Shown: positions 22,226 to 34,476 of the stretch, piece after piece | Layout: each line of letters opens with the position of its first letter | Numbering within the stretch: position 1 is the first letter of the stretch | Source: Rhizaria sp. SCN 62-66 | Lineage: Eukaryota | Reading direction: 5' to 3' | NCBI GenBank assembly: GCA_001724265.1 | Contig: MEDY01000119.1 | Location: 1 to 64,000 of the forward strand | DNA length: 64,000 bases | Translations under genes and position numbers: made by a program | The notes under the pieces: model-generated | Told to the model about the DNA's origin: nothing | What the model saw: only the letters and a program-made list of their open reading frames with translations | The model's database searches: none

Positions 22226-25200
22226 TCAATTGAGGGGGAATGCGATCTTATAAAGCCTCCGTGCATGTGATAACAGCCACTGAACTCGAGACCTTCCACT
22301 GGCAGGCTCGCTTGGAGATGTCACGTAAAGCGACAGCGGGATGTTAATGCACATCATAATGAAGAGTGTAGAGACAGCAATTAAAGGTGACGGGTTAAGA
22401 ACGCTGTGTAACCACAACCGGGGACTCATATAAGACCATATAGCAGTCACGTGTTTGACGAACTCTTCAGCAGCGGTGCCCCGATCCCGCACAAATACAA
22501 GGTCAACAATATGATCGCGACTGGACGCCAACACCACCACCATGCCCGCCCAGTCGCCTCGCAGCAGATGGCCCAATAGCTTCAAGAAGAATAAAGCGAC
22601 GGATGCACCCAGATGTAGCGGCCACGCACACGGTTTGTAGATGGAACTGAGTTGGAGCAACTGAGGGATTGGCGCCGCGCCTTCAAGTGCAGTTGCAAGC
22701 GCGCCGCGCAGCGACAAAGTTGCGAGCAAGACCCAGACCGAAAGGACAAACGAGCCCACGTCGCGACACTCGGCGGCTCCTTGCATCGTGGCCCGGCGCA
22801 GCCACTGCCCCTGAGGCGTCTGCCCGACGAACATCAGCACGAACGCGATTAACGCCGTCGCCGCGCTCACGGCCAGCGTGGGCACCAGCGCGGCCGTGAC
22901 TGAGAGCGACGCCCAGCCCAACACCTTGGCGTGCAGGAGCAGCAGCGACGCGCCAATCGACACCAGCATAAACCACACGTTGTAGGCTTCTGTGACAAAG
23001 AGGCAGCTCGTGTCCGGTTCACCGACGCGCTTCCCAGGCGCCAGGGCTTCACGCCCGGCCAGCAGGCCCAGCGACATGTAGGCCACGGCGAAGACGCGCG
23101 CAGGCGTTGGGGTGAGGTGCCCCGACGCCAGCATGAGCTGCCCAAGCGCGACTGCACAGTATACCGTGGTCAGCAGCGATATGAGCAAGTGCCGCGCGTC
23201 AGGCTGCAGGTTGGCATAGAGTGTGAGTGTCAACGGCCCCATCAGCGGCCGCGCACGCTCGGTTGCCAGCGCGTGCAGAGCCGCCACGCGCACAGGCGCA
23301 AGTGCCGCCGCGAGTGTAGGCGTCCTCACGTGCGCAGTGTTGGCGTCCAGCGCGCTCGCCCCGGGCGGACCCAGGTGCGCGAGCAGCGCGGCCTCGTCCG
23401 CCGGCGCAACCATTGCGCGCCGCAGCGCGTAGACGCCTAAGTACATGGCGGGAGCCACGACGCCCACCACCGCCGCCGCGGCCGCAGCAGCCCACACGAG
23501 AGGCCACGGGAGAAAGTTCATAAGCGCACCTATGGCCGGAACAAAAACCATAAACTGAACGGGCCTCTCAAACGTATGCAGAAGCCATCGCTCGGGGTCA
23601 AAGCGCGGGTTGCTAAGCGCGTCACATGAGGTAAAAAGACTGGATACGCGCGAGAGCGCGCGCCGCGGGCCAAACACCGCCGCGCCAGGCATGACGTACG
23701 TGACCATGGCCTCCACGCCACCAGGCGCGAATTCAGCGCCGCCCGCGCCGGCGCGCGCCTGCACCTGCAGCTGCACCGCGCGGCGGGTCGCCTCGTCGGT
23801 CTCGGCGGCGCCTGTGACCGCGCGCGCAACGATGAACGGCGCGGCCGCACAAGCCAGCGGGCCACGTCCGCCGCCGCCGCCGCCGCGTGTGGTGCAGGGC
23901 ACGACCGTGGTCACGCGCGTCTCTAGGTGCGGCAGCCGGGGCACCCACAGCAGCGGCGCTGCGGCCGCGCCCACGCAGGCAGCGGACCTCAGCTCCAGCC
24001 CGCGCTGCGGCAACTGCGCCGCCGCCGCGCTGTTAGCCGCGCGGTCCGCGTCGTCACTGTGAGAGTCCAGCGCCGACGCCGACGCTGGCGCAGACACAGG
24101 CACAGGCGCAACCGCGCGCGCGTCAAGCGCGGCGTGCAGGCCGGACGGGCCCGCGCACGCGGCGAGCACCGGCCACGGCGCCGTACCCGGGCAGCCCAGC
24201 GGGCCCAGGCCCGGGCCCGCGGCCGCGGCGGCGGACGCTGCGGCGTCCTGAAGCGAGCGCGCAGCGGCCGCCACCGCCCGCGCGAGCGCAGCGCGGCGCC
24301 TCGCAGCAGCGCGGCGCGCGGCGGCTGGGGACAATGGGCGTCCCTTTGGCCTGGCGTAGGCAGCGTACACGTCATCGCTGTTGCTATCATCACTGCTGCT
24401 ATCATCGCTGCTGTTCGAGTCCGAGCCGTGGTCATCGCCGTCGCCGTCGCCGTCGCTGCCACGTTCGTCGTCGCTGGGGCCGTTGCGGTTGCTGCGACTG
24501 GGACTGTCGCTGCTGTCATTATCATCCCCGCTGCCGCTAGCGCCACTGCTTCCTCTGCTGGTGCTGTCGCCGCCGCTGCTGCTGGCCGCAAGCTCGTCGG
24601 CCTGCAGCAGCACGCCGCGCGTCTGGGCGGCGCGACCGAGCGTCACGCGCCCGTCCAGCACGCTCACCCAAGGCTGCCACAGCGCGGCCGCGGCGTCGCG
24701 CGCCGCCGCCCCGCGCAGCCGCTCCAGCGCGCACAACCGCTCCTGCGGCGGGCCTGCGCCCCACAGCCGCGCGGCCGCGCTGCTCGCGCCCGCGCCCGCG
24801 CCAGTGCCCGTGCCGGGGGTTGTCGCGGCGGCGACGGCTGCGCAGACCCAGGCCGGCAGCGCGACCTCCGCGCCATCATCACTGCTGCTGCTGCTGCTGC
24901 TGTCTTCGGAATCGTAGCCGTCGTCGTCGTCGTCGTCGTCGTCATCGTCGTCGTCGTCGTCATCATCATCGTCGTCGTCGTTTTCCGGCCGGGGCACAAG
25001 CCCCAGTCCCTCCTCCTCCTCACCCTGCAGGTTTGGCGGCGCCGGCCCCAGCTGCAAGTGCCGGCGCGCCGCGACGGCGGCCTCGCGCTGCGCCACGCGC
25101 CGCAGCGCCTCCCAGCGCCACTCTCGGAAGCGCACGATGGACCGCTCGCGCCGCAGCCGCGCAAGCCGCCGCTGCTGCGCGCACAGTAAAAGGGGAAGCA

Positions 25201-28200
25201 CTGCGAGCGCCGCGCTCACTTCCATGTCTTCGAGCTCGCTGCCGCTGCTGCTGGCGCGGCTGCAGTCTGAGTCGGCAGTCCTGCCACCAGGCCGGCTGCC
25301 GCTGAGGCGGGCGCCCCTCGCTCCGCCCGCTCGGGCCGCAGCTCCTGCGGCCTCGCCTTCGCTGCTCTCGCCGCTGCTGCTGCTGCTGCTGTTGCTGCTG
25401 CTACTGTTGCTGCTGCTGCTTCTGCTGTCCTCGTCACTGCCACCGCCACTGCCGCTGCCGCTATCGGCGCTGTCAGTGCTGCTGACGCGGGCGGGCCTGC
25501 GGGTCACCGCGCGCGCGAGGTAGTGGCGCGCCGTCGCCGGCCGCGGTGCCCTCACGAGCCCTGCGTCCACAGCGCGCGCCAGGAGCGGCGGCGCCGGCGC
25601 CGGCAAAGGAACACCTGCATGCGCGGGCGCAAGAGCCGGCGCGAGCGCGTGGGGCGCGACGTCGGCAAACAGCGTCTCCAGCACGCCGGGCAGCGACGGC
25701 GCGGCGTGGATGTAGCGCCGCTGGCCCGCGCGCGCGGCGCTGTGACGCAGCCCCCAACGGTCGTCGCCGCGCCGCGCCCGCCGCGCCGCGCGCGCCCGCC
25801 GCGCCGCAGCTCGCTGTCGCGCTGAGCCAATCAGAGCGCGACCGTGAGTGTCATCATCATCGTCGTCATCATCATCATCGTCGTCGTCGTCGTCGGTGCT
25901 TTCATCATCGTCGCTATTCTCCCCGTCGCTGCCACTGTCACGATCGATGCCATTGCCGACGTCATCGCCACTACCACTACTACTGCTGCTGCTGCTGCTG
26001 CTGTCAGTGTCGCTCGAATTTCCGGCAAGCCTTTGACCATCATCATCATCGTCATCGTCATCATCATCATCATCGTCATCGTCGTCGTCGTCGTCGTCGC
26101 CGCTCCCTCGCCTGGCGCCATTCGCAGCGTGCAGGTCGAGCGGGCTCTGCTCCTGCAGCAGCGCGCCCAGCGCCGCGGCGGGTGACAGCACCGCATCGCT
26201 CGCAGGCGCGGCCCGCAGGCGCGCCAGCGCGGCGGCCTCGCTCCGCGTCAGCAGCGACCGGCCCCGCGGCGCTGCCTTGCTGTCGCCGTCGCCGTCGCCG
26301 CCGTCGGCGTCAGCGTAAGGGTCCGCGTCCGCGTCTGCGTCACCATCGCGGGCGCTCTGGCTTCCATCTCGCTCAACGCGGCCAGCAGTCGCGTTGCGCG
26401 TGTCTCCAGTAGGTGCGTCTCCAGCAACGGAAGCAGCAGCAGCAGTCGCAGAAAAGAGAGGAAGGTAAAGCTCCGCCGCGCTCGCAGTGACGGTGACGCC
26501 GCCGCCCATCGCCTTCGCTCTCCGCGCGCGCGCTGGCGTCCTCCCTTCGGCGCAGCGCCGCAGCAGTGCGCGTTCAAAGTCCTCTTCCAGCGGCGCGCCG
26601 CGCGCAATGGTGGCGAGCTCGGCCGTAGTCATGGCACCGAACCGGATCAGCGGCAGCAGGTCGTGCAGCTCGAGGCGCACCAGCGCGGGGTCCGTGTCGT
26701 CGAGCCCGTACGCGCGTAGGCGGAAGCGGCCCCAGCGCACCACGGCCTGGAACAGCGCGAACTCGCTCCCGCAGTTGAGCTCGCTGGAGCGCAGGAAGCG
26801 CTTCAGCGCGGCGCGCGGCAGCGCCAGGAACAGCGGCTGCGCCATCGCCGTCCCGAAGCAAGCGAGCGCGAACGAGTGGTTGTTCTGCAGCGCAGCGCGG
26901 ACAGCAGCGGCCTCCGCAGCCGAGTGCGGGCACTCAAAAGCCAGCTCACAGGTCTCGTGCTGGGTCTCGCGCCAAGTGGCCCAGTCGAGCGCTCTCCGCA
27001 TAAGCCGCACTAGCCGCTTCAGGTGCCGGCCCCCACCTGGCGCGGCGCTAAAGTTACCGCCGTCGCCGTCGTCATCGTCGTCGTCGTCATCGTCGTCGTC
27101 GTCATCGTCATCGCTGTCGCTGACGAGTCGAGTGCGGGCGTCGCGGTGGATTTGGCGCGTGTAGGGACTGTGGCGCAGCGCGGGCAGCGTCAGCGCAGGG
27201 AACGACCGCGGTGGCCGCAGGGCTGCCAAGACGGCCCTCGTCGCGTCCGCCGCGGCGACAAGCGACTCTGCGGTCGCTAGCGCCTCTGCAGTCGACTGCA
27301 CCTCCGCGAGCTGCGTGTCTGGGGTCAACTGCGCGGCCCTGGCGCGCAACGCAGAGGCTCTTCTGATAAGGCTGGCAGGGGCGGCGACAGCTGTGTCATC
27401 GCCGCTTCCAGAGTCAGAGTTAGCTTCAGAGTCAGAGTCACCGTCGTCGCTGTCGTCGCCGTCGTCGCTGTCAGCGCGGCTGTCCGAGTCAGCGTCAGCG
27501 TCGACCTCGGTCACGGCGGCCACGGCCACGGCGGCCGCGGCGGCCGGATCCAGTGAGCCAACCAGCGCGGCCAACACGACGTCAGCCCCGCGGCCCACCG
27601 CCGTCGCCGCCGCGATCTCCGCTGCCGCCGAGGACGCGGCGGGCGCAGGGTCTCGCAGCGCGGGCGCGTACAGGTCCCGGTCGTAGTCGTCGCAGCGTGT
27701 ACAGACGCTGCAGCCCTTTTCGTTGTTGACATCGGCAACGCAAAAGCAGCCCTTGGCCGCGCCCACGCGCGCGCTGCACACGGGACACGAGCCGCACGCG
27801 TAGAGCCGCGCGCGGCGCGCCGGCGGCGGCTGCTCGCCTCGCGCGGCGGCCTCCGCAGCCGCGGCCGCCCATGTCACGGGCCGCCGCGCCGGGTTGGGGG
27901 CCATTGCCGGCGCGGGGCCGACAAACGCGGGGGCAATAAGCGCGGCGACCGGTACTGCGGCGGGACACGCGCTGCCGGCGTCGCTGCTGCAGCTGCAGCG
28001 ATGGAAACTGTCCGACGCAGCAGCAAGCGTGGAGTCGTCGTCGTCGCCGCTGTCCTCGTCACTGCCGCTGTCACTGTTGGCGTCGCTGTCGTCACTGTAG
28101 TCGTCGCTGTCGTCGTCGCCGTCAGTGTCGCTGTCGGAGACCAGGGCGAGCAGCAGCAGCGGGGCCGGGGGGCCCAGCGCCGGCGCCACGAGCGCGGCGA

Positions 28201-29449
28201 GAGGCGCCGCGGGGCCGGGCAACCCCAGCTGTGGCAGCCGCGCCTCCGCCTCTGCCTCAGCCTCAGCATACGCTGCAGTCGCACTTGGGTTTGCGTTCAT
28301 CTTGACGTTGGCATTGGCCGCAGAACCAAGACCGAGACCGAGCCTGAGCGCCAGCGCCGGCAAGAACCCCAGGCCGGAAGCCAGGGCGCTCGCTGCGCAC
28401 CGCACAATCCCCAGCGCGCCCCCGCCGTCGCCGTCTTTGACGACGCTGCCGTTGGAGCCGGGGCCAGGGCCGGGGCGGGGGCTCGCGAGAGCGCCGGCTG
28501 GGGCGCCGGCGGGAGCGACAAAATCGAGCAGCACGGTGTCGGGGTGCAGCGCCAGCAGCCGCAGCGCGCGGAGGGCCGCGGCAGGCAGCGCCGCATCGGT
28601 CAGCGCGCGCAGGTAGAGAGACAGCGCTAGCCCGCCGCGGGCGCTAGCGGCGCGCGCGGGCGCGAACGGCGCCGGCAGCAGCTGCGCGGGCAAAGGGGCG
28701 GGAGCTGTCGCCGGAGCGGGTCCGGCCGAGAGGAAGACGCGGGCGAGCTCGCTGTCGCTCATGTTGTCAACGATATTCGTGTTCGCCACAGCGCTTACGG
28801 TCGCAGCCGTATCGACCCGGTCCTGTCCTCGTCCCCATCTCTGTCCCCCGTGCGCCTGTCCTTTCTTCGGCTTTCGTCGCCACCCACGGCGACCCTGACT
28901 CAGACTCTGCTGCTGTCGCTGCCGCTACGCCGCGGCCGCGCGCGTCCAGCGGTAGAGCGTCTCGTATGCGTGGCTGCGCACGTGCGCGGGGTCCGTCAGC
29001 AGCGCGAGCCCCGGCGCGGCGCCCACAGCGGCGCCCGCCGCGCCGCTCTCCGCCCCCGTCGGTGCCGTCTCGGCGGCAAGCGCGCGCACCGTGTTGAGCG
29101 TGGGGCTTGTGGCCGCGCTGGGGAAGGAGAGCCGCATGCACACCTCGGCGGCGTCCGTGCGCCGGCCCGTCTTCGCGTCGCTGCATGACGAGGGCGCAAG
29201 GCCGGGGATGCTGTACAGCGAGTCGGGCTGTATCGTCGACGCCGCAGTGTAGAGCAGCGGCGCCGCAGGGACGAGGTCTGAGGACCAGGAGCCGCGCTCG
29301 GTGGAGGGTGGCGAGCGCGGGGAAGCCGGGAGTGCCACAGCGGCGGTGTCGAACAGTGACGGGGCATCTGACGTGTATGTTGGGTCAGAAGGCCACTCAA
29401 TAGCCTCTATAACCGTAATTTCAGGTTCAAGATGCAGGAGCTCGTCCAT
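22226..29449 (-). CDS. BACK-domain protein with Cys-rich segment, acidic tracts and multi-pass C-terminal membrane region, ~2407 aa if the in-frame TAG at 28925-28927 is read through
   Basis: Track ORFs 28925..29581 and 22226..28789 share a frame and are separated only by one TAG. BACK-like motif FLALPRAALKRFLRSSELNCGSEFALFQAVVRW...LLPLIRFGAMTTAEL (~26600-26860). Many hydrophobic helices at ~22290-23560. ATG at 29449, terminal TGA. Confidence 0.7.
26039..26098 (-). repeat. GAC/GAT trinucleotide tract encoding poly-Asp (similar tracts near 24920-24980, 25850-25890 and 27070-27110)
   Basis: Runs of tcg/tca units on the + strand, in frame as Asp in the minus-strand gene. Confidence 0.85.
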
Positions 29450-29929
29450 GCTGCGAGTTGGGGGTGAGGCAAGGAGGTGCCTGGTCGTCTGAAGATTTAG
29501 TTTTTCGCGATTGTCTGATGTGGAGGCAGAAGTAAGAACGTGAGGATCACAAATTGAGAAGAAAAATGACAAATATTTCATAAAAATTCGGCGTTAACAT
29601 CACTAACACGATTCTACGATCATTTCGGTGCAAGAAATGAACTTGAAAGTTGCGCGATTGATACGTCACCCTCCTGTCACTAGTCAACAAAAGCCATTTG
29701 TGGTGACACCGGGGTCTTTGGGTTATTTTCATTGATATAACGGACAGTTTGTATTTGTACAGCGGTTTAAGACGCATTTGAAAGTTTCATCAATAGATCT
29801 ATATAACTTCACACAATAGACACGAATCGCGCCTGTACACTGGCCCGCATCCCACAAACACTCCACACATCAATGTCACTCTCGACGATACGATATTCGT
29901 AACAACAGGGAGTCCAGACACAGTTGCCC

Positions 29930-31903
29930 TCATTTCCCCTCGCCCTCGGCCTTACCCCTACCCTTACCCTTGCCCACGTCCGTAGCCTGCTCGGCCGCGG
30001 CGGCGGCGTTGACGAGCGCGACGGCGCCGGGCGGAATGGACTGGAGCCTGCGCACGGCGCTCACCTGCTCGATCACGAACAGCGCCGTCACGAAGCTGAA
30101 GAGCACCGTCTGGAAGAAGAAGAAGTTGGCGTTGCCGGCCGCGCGCTCGGTCCAGAGCGACCACATAAAGGCGCCGACGCAGGCGCTTTGCGCGAGCGCG
30201 AAGAGCAGCGCGTGCGGGCGCCGCGCGCGGTGGGCGAGCAGCGGCAGATGCACCACCGCGCCGCAGAGCGCCACGGCCGTGTCCACCACCGTCGGGTACG
30301 GCTTGAACAGTGACGCCGCGGCGGCCGACGCCCAGAGCGCGAAGAGTGGCCAGCGTGGGAGGCGCGCGGCGAGCATGGCGGCGTAGACGGCAGCGTGGCC
30401 GTGGAACACGGCCGTAAAGAAGCCGCGGAAGCGCGGGAAGACCTGCAGTGCGAAGTACCACCACAGCCCAATCGAGGGCGTGGCGTCGCCAGCCACCAGC
30501 AGCGCGCCCCAGGCGCCGTCAGCCCAGCCCAGCCGCTGCAGCAGCCAGCGTGCGGCCGTCAGCCAGAGCGGCTCGCCGGGCGCGGGCGCGGGCAGCGCGG
30601 CCGCTGCGGCCGCCACGGGCGTCGTCAGTGCGCAGCACAACAGCGCACCCAGCGCGAGCGCGGCGCAGTAGACGGCCGCGAAAGCCAGGACCGCGGCGCG
30701 GGCGCGCGCGCGCGCGAGCGCGGCGGAGTCTGCGGCGGCGGCGCGGCGCAGCGGGGCGGCGGCGGCGAGCGCGCGGGCAACGAGCGCGAGCGCGGGCGCA
30801 GCGACCCACAGCGAGGGCTCCAGCAGCGTCGTGAGCGCGGCGAGCAGAGCGGCGACGCGCGGTCGCGCGCGTGAGGCGGCAAGCGCGGCGAGAGCGAGCA
30901 GCGCGTGGGGGACCACCGCCGTGGACACGGCCGCGGCGGCCAGCACCGAGAAGGGGTTCAGCAGCGGCAGCGCGAACACGAGCGAGGGCAGCCACGGCGG
31001 GGGCGCCACCAGACGCAGCTCCGACTCGGAGTCAACAGAGTCGGCGCCGACGCTCCGAGACTGCGCCGACGCCGCTAAATCGGCTGCAGCACTTGTGCCG
31101 GCCTTGGCGCAAATCGTAGTATCAGGAGCAGTATTGCGCTGGTTGTCGCCATCCCAGTCCTGCGCGCAGGCGGCGAAAGCCCGGACGGAGGCGGGCACCG
31201 GCACCGGCCGCGCGGCGTAGTAGCCCGTGAGCGCCGCCAGCGCGAGCGCGAGCGCCAGCTCGAAGGCGAACACGGTCGCCAGGTAGGGTAGCAGCGGCAG
31301 CGCGGCGCCGGGGCCCGCGAGCGGGACCGTGGGCAGCGTCGCGAGCGCGGGCGCGGGCGCGGCGGCGAGATGCGTGCTCGCGGCGTTGCCGGCCTCGAAG
31401 CGGCGCAGCAGCGTCGAGAGCGCGCGCGCGAAGTGGAAGGGCGCGGCGTACAGCGGTGAGTGGTGCAGCACGCCGCCCGCAAACGGCGAGCCTGCGGCGG
31501 CCGAGCCCGAGAGCGCGGCGGCCGAGGCCGCGTGGAAGCCCTCGTGGAGGCGCGCGACCGCGGTCGTGGGGCCCGCGAGCTCGACGCGGCCGCGCAGCGC
31601 GGCCGACAGCGGCGACAGCAGCAGCGCCACGCGCAGCGCGAGCGCCAGCAGTGACACCAGCAGCACGGTGCGCAGCGGCGGCAGGCTCGCAGTAAGCGGC
31701 GGCAGCGCGCGGAAGTGGGGCGGCGCCGCAGGCACGGGCACCGACACTGCAGCGGCGGGACGCTTCTGTTCAGCAGCGGACGCGGGCGCGGGCGCGGGCG
31801 TGGACGCAGAGACAGACTGTTGCGTAGCGGATGCAGCTGTGGCTGGAGTGGGGTCGACATTGCTGCGACGCATGCGTAGCGTCGCGGCCTCGTCAGAGCT
31901 CAT
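29930..31903 (-). CDS. PIGU: GPI transamidase subunit PIG-U/GAB1, 657 aa
   Basis: RVELAGPTT...RLHEG, SPFAGGVLHHSPL, LLNPFSVLA, TPSIGLWWYFALQVF, LFKPYPTVVD and AGNANFFF motifs; multi-pass hydrophobic; stop TGA. Confidence 0.92.
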   Translation of the reverse strand: MSSDEAATLRMRRSNVDPTPATAASATQQSVSASTPAPAPASAAEQKRPAAAVSVPVPAAPPHFRALPPLTASLPPLRTVLLVSLLALALRVALLLSPLSAALRGRVELAGPTTAVARLHEGFHAASAAALSGSAAAGSPFAGGVLHHSPLYAAPFHFARALSTLLRRFEAGNAASTHLAAAPAPALATLPTVPLAGPGAALPLLPYLATVFAFELALALALAALTGYYAARPVPVPASVRAFAACAQDWDGDNQRNTAPDTTICAKAGTSAAADLAASAQSRSVGADSVDSESELRLVAPPPWLPSLVFALPLLNPFSVLAAAAVSTAVVPHALLALAALAASRARPRVAALLAALTTLLEPSLWVAAPALALVARALAAAAPLRRAAAADSAALARARARAAVLAFAAVYCAALALGALLCCALTTPVAAAAAALPAPAPGEPLWLTAARWLLQRLGWADGAWGALLVAGDATPSIGLWWYFALQVFPRFRGFFTAVFHGHAAVYAAMLAARLPRWPLFALWASAAAASLFKPYPTVVDTAVALCGAVVHLPLLAHRARRPHALLFALAQSACVGAFMWSLWTERAAGNANFFFFQTVLFSFVTALFVIEQVSAVRRLQSIPPGAVALVNAAAAAEQATDVGKGKGRGKAEGEGK

Positions 31904-32393
31904 GGTCGCGGGAGCGAGAAGGCGCTTTGAAGAAGAATGGAATCGTCAGCTCCGAGTGCAAGCCAAGTACCTTCTGATGCCTACAGTGAGTGTTTTTGCA
32001 GGTTTTGAAAGTTTAATGGAGTAATTTAATATATAAAATTTCAGGTTAGCTCTATTTTTGCGGCAATACTAGTAAACAACGGATTCTGGAGTCTCAATTT
32101 CACTTGGGTCGTTCGAGTCACATCTTGCTGAAAGAGACCAACCACAACCAGTCGGGTGAGACTGACCGCGCCGCGGCTAGATTTGTGTGCTTTCAAGTTG
32201 GTTGCGAGAGAATAGAAGCACCCGTGTGTATTATGATGTTTGTTGGTCAATTTTCACACGCAAATAGATATATATTAATTCTCAAAGCAGTTAAGTACCA
32301 CAACGATACCCGCCTGCCAGGCCCCACTAAGTAGATACTCAAAACAACGACACTCGCACATATTGCTCTCAGCTCTCAGATCACGCATTGAGC

Positions 32394-34476
32394 TCAGAGC
32401 TTGGCGCCGAGCTTCTTCTTACTGGCAGCGGCGGCGGTGCGCTCCGCGATGACGGCGCGCGCGGCGGCGGTCTCCTGCGGCGTCTCGTAGGCCGCCCACG
32501 TGGGCTGCTGAGTGAGCGAGAGCACGCGCTCCCACGTCCGACCCTGCGGGTTGAGCGCAGAGGGTGAGGACGCCACGATGAGCTCCACAGGCGCCAGCAC
32601 CGAGCGGTTGTTCACGATTGCGGAGGAGAAGGCGGTGTAGCCGGCCATGACGGCGTGCACGGCGTTGTGCGCGATCGACAGGCAGTGGATCGAGTCCGCC
32701 GCCGAGGCCGGGATCGAGCGGATCATGTACGACGGGTCCACGACTGCAGACGGGAAAAGATGGTAGAAAAATGAGGATAGATTGAGATCATGTGAGCATA
32801 TATGAAGAAATTCATCCAAAAACAAATAACATTTCCCAAATACCAAACAAAAATAGAGACAACATATTGTTGTACGTACAGCGGATGGTGGACTCGATCT
32901 GGAAGGACTTAAAGTAGCTGGTGATGGCACTCTTGAGCAGCTCGCCGACCGAGTCGCCGGTCTGCGCCTCGACGGCGCCGTCGCCCGCGGCCGTGGCGGC
33001 CGTGTCGGCGCCGTCGCTGCCGCGCAGCGCCTCGGCGCTGGCCGCGGCGGCCTCCGCGGCGCCCGCGCGCAGAGGCAGCCCGGCGCCCTCCGCGACGACG
33101 ATGACGGCGTAGCCCTGGCGGCGCACGAGCTGGCGCACGTACTCGAGCACGCCCGTGCGGCCGTAGAGCCGGAAGGCCAGCTCGGGGATCAGACACAGAT
33201 CGGCGTCGCGCGCGGCCAGCACGGCGTGGGCTGCGATGTAGCCCGCGTGCTTGCCCATCAGCTGCACGATGCCGATGCCGTTGGGCGCGCACATCGACTC
33301 GACCTGGACAGACTCGATCGCGCGCGCGGCGACCTGCACCGCCGTCTCAAAGCCGAACGAGTTGTCGATAACGCCCACGTCGTTGTCGAGCGAGTTGGGG
33401 ATGCAGCACAGCGCGAGGCGCAGCGCCGGCCGGCGCGCGGCGGCGCGATGCAACTGCGCGGCCGCGCGGTGCGTGCCGTCGCCGCCGACGATATAGAGCT
33501 GCGTAACGCCGTAGACCTCGCAGGCGTTGAGGATGCGCTCGGGCTGGAAGCCGCCCTTGGCCGTGCCCAGGATGGAGCCGCCGCGGCCCGAGATGCCGCG
33601 CACCGAGTCGGGCGTGAGCGCTTCCCAGGGCTGCGACTCGCGCTCCCAGAAGCCGCGGAAGCCGTCGCGGATGCCGTACACGGTGTCAACGCCGTAGTTG
33701 TAGTACAGGCAGTTAAAGAGCTCCTCGACGACGTCGTTGTGACCCGGGCACAGCGAGCCGCACGTCACGATGGCCGCGCGCACCGTCGGCGCGTCGTACA
33801 CGATCTCCGCGCGCGGGCCCGCGCGCACGAAGCCCTTGGCGGCCTGGCTGCCGGCGCGCTGCGGGCCGGCGCCGGCGCCGCGGACAATGTCGAGCAGCAC
33901 GACCTCGTCGTCGCCGATAAACTGCGAGTACCGGATGCGCGATCCGCTCGCGGCCTCAGCGGCGGCGGCGGCGGCGGTGGCGGGCTCACTGTGTGCGGCC
34001 ACAGCAGCGGCAGCGGCAGTGCTGGCCGCGGCAGTGACGGCGGCGGCGGCCGCGGCGTCGCCGGCAATGATGGTGCCGGTGACGGGGTCGGCGGCGTCGC
34101 TGTTGTTGGTCAGCGCGCTGATGGCCTTGGCCATGGAGAGCGCGGAGCGCGCCTTCTTCGGGCTGCCCCCTGCGCCGCCCGCGGTGGCCGAGGCCGCGGC
34201 CGCGGCGGCGTCGGCGCCCGATGCGGCGTCGTCCACGGGCCCGCCGAAGGCGATCTTGGTGCGCGCAAAGACGTTGGGGTAGGTCTTGAGCGCCATGTCG
34301 GGGTAGAGATCTTGCATGCGCGGGACGTGGGCGACTGAGATCTCGGAGATGACGGCGCGCGTGGGCACGAACAGCCCGCTCTTGTCGCCGGACACGGCCG
34401 AGCGCTGGCGGGACGTAAACAGCGTCTCCGCGGCCTTCGGGTTCGCCTGGGAGCCCGGCACGGCGGTTGAATCCAT
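32394..34476 (-). CDS. PFK: 6-phosphofructokinase, plant/protist group X (ATP-type GGDG motif), 2 exons, ~648 aa, with divergent active-site motifs
   Basis: Exons 34476-32880 and 32743-32394; intron 32744-32879 (GTACGT...CTGCAG) restores STIR-F-VDPSYMIRS. Motifs FVRAGPR, AAIVTCGSLCPG, GGSILGT, VGGDGTHR, DNDV..ID.SFGFETAV, DLCLIPE and VVAEGAG; stop TGA. Confidence 0.92.
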
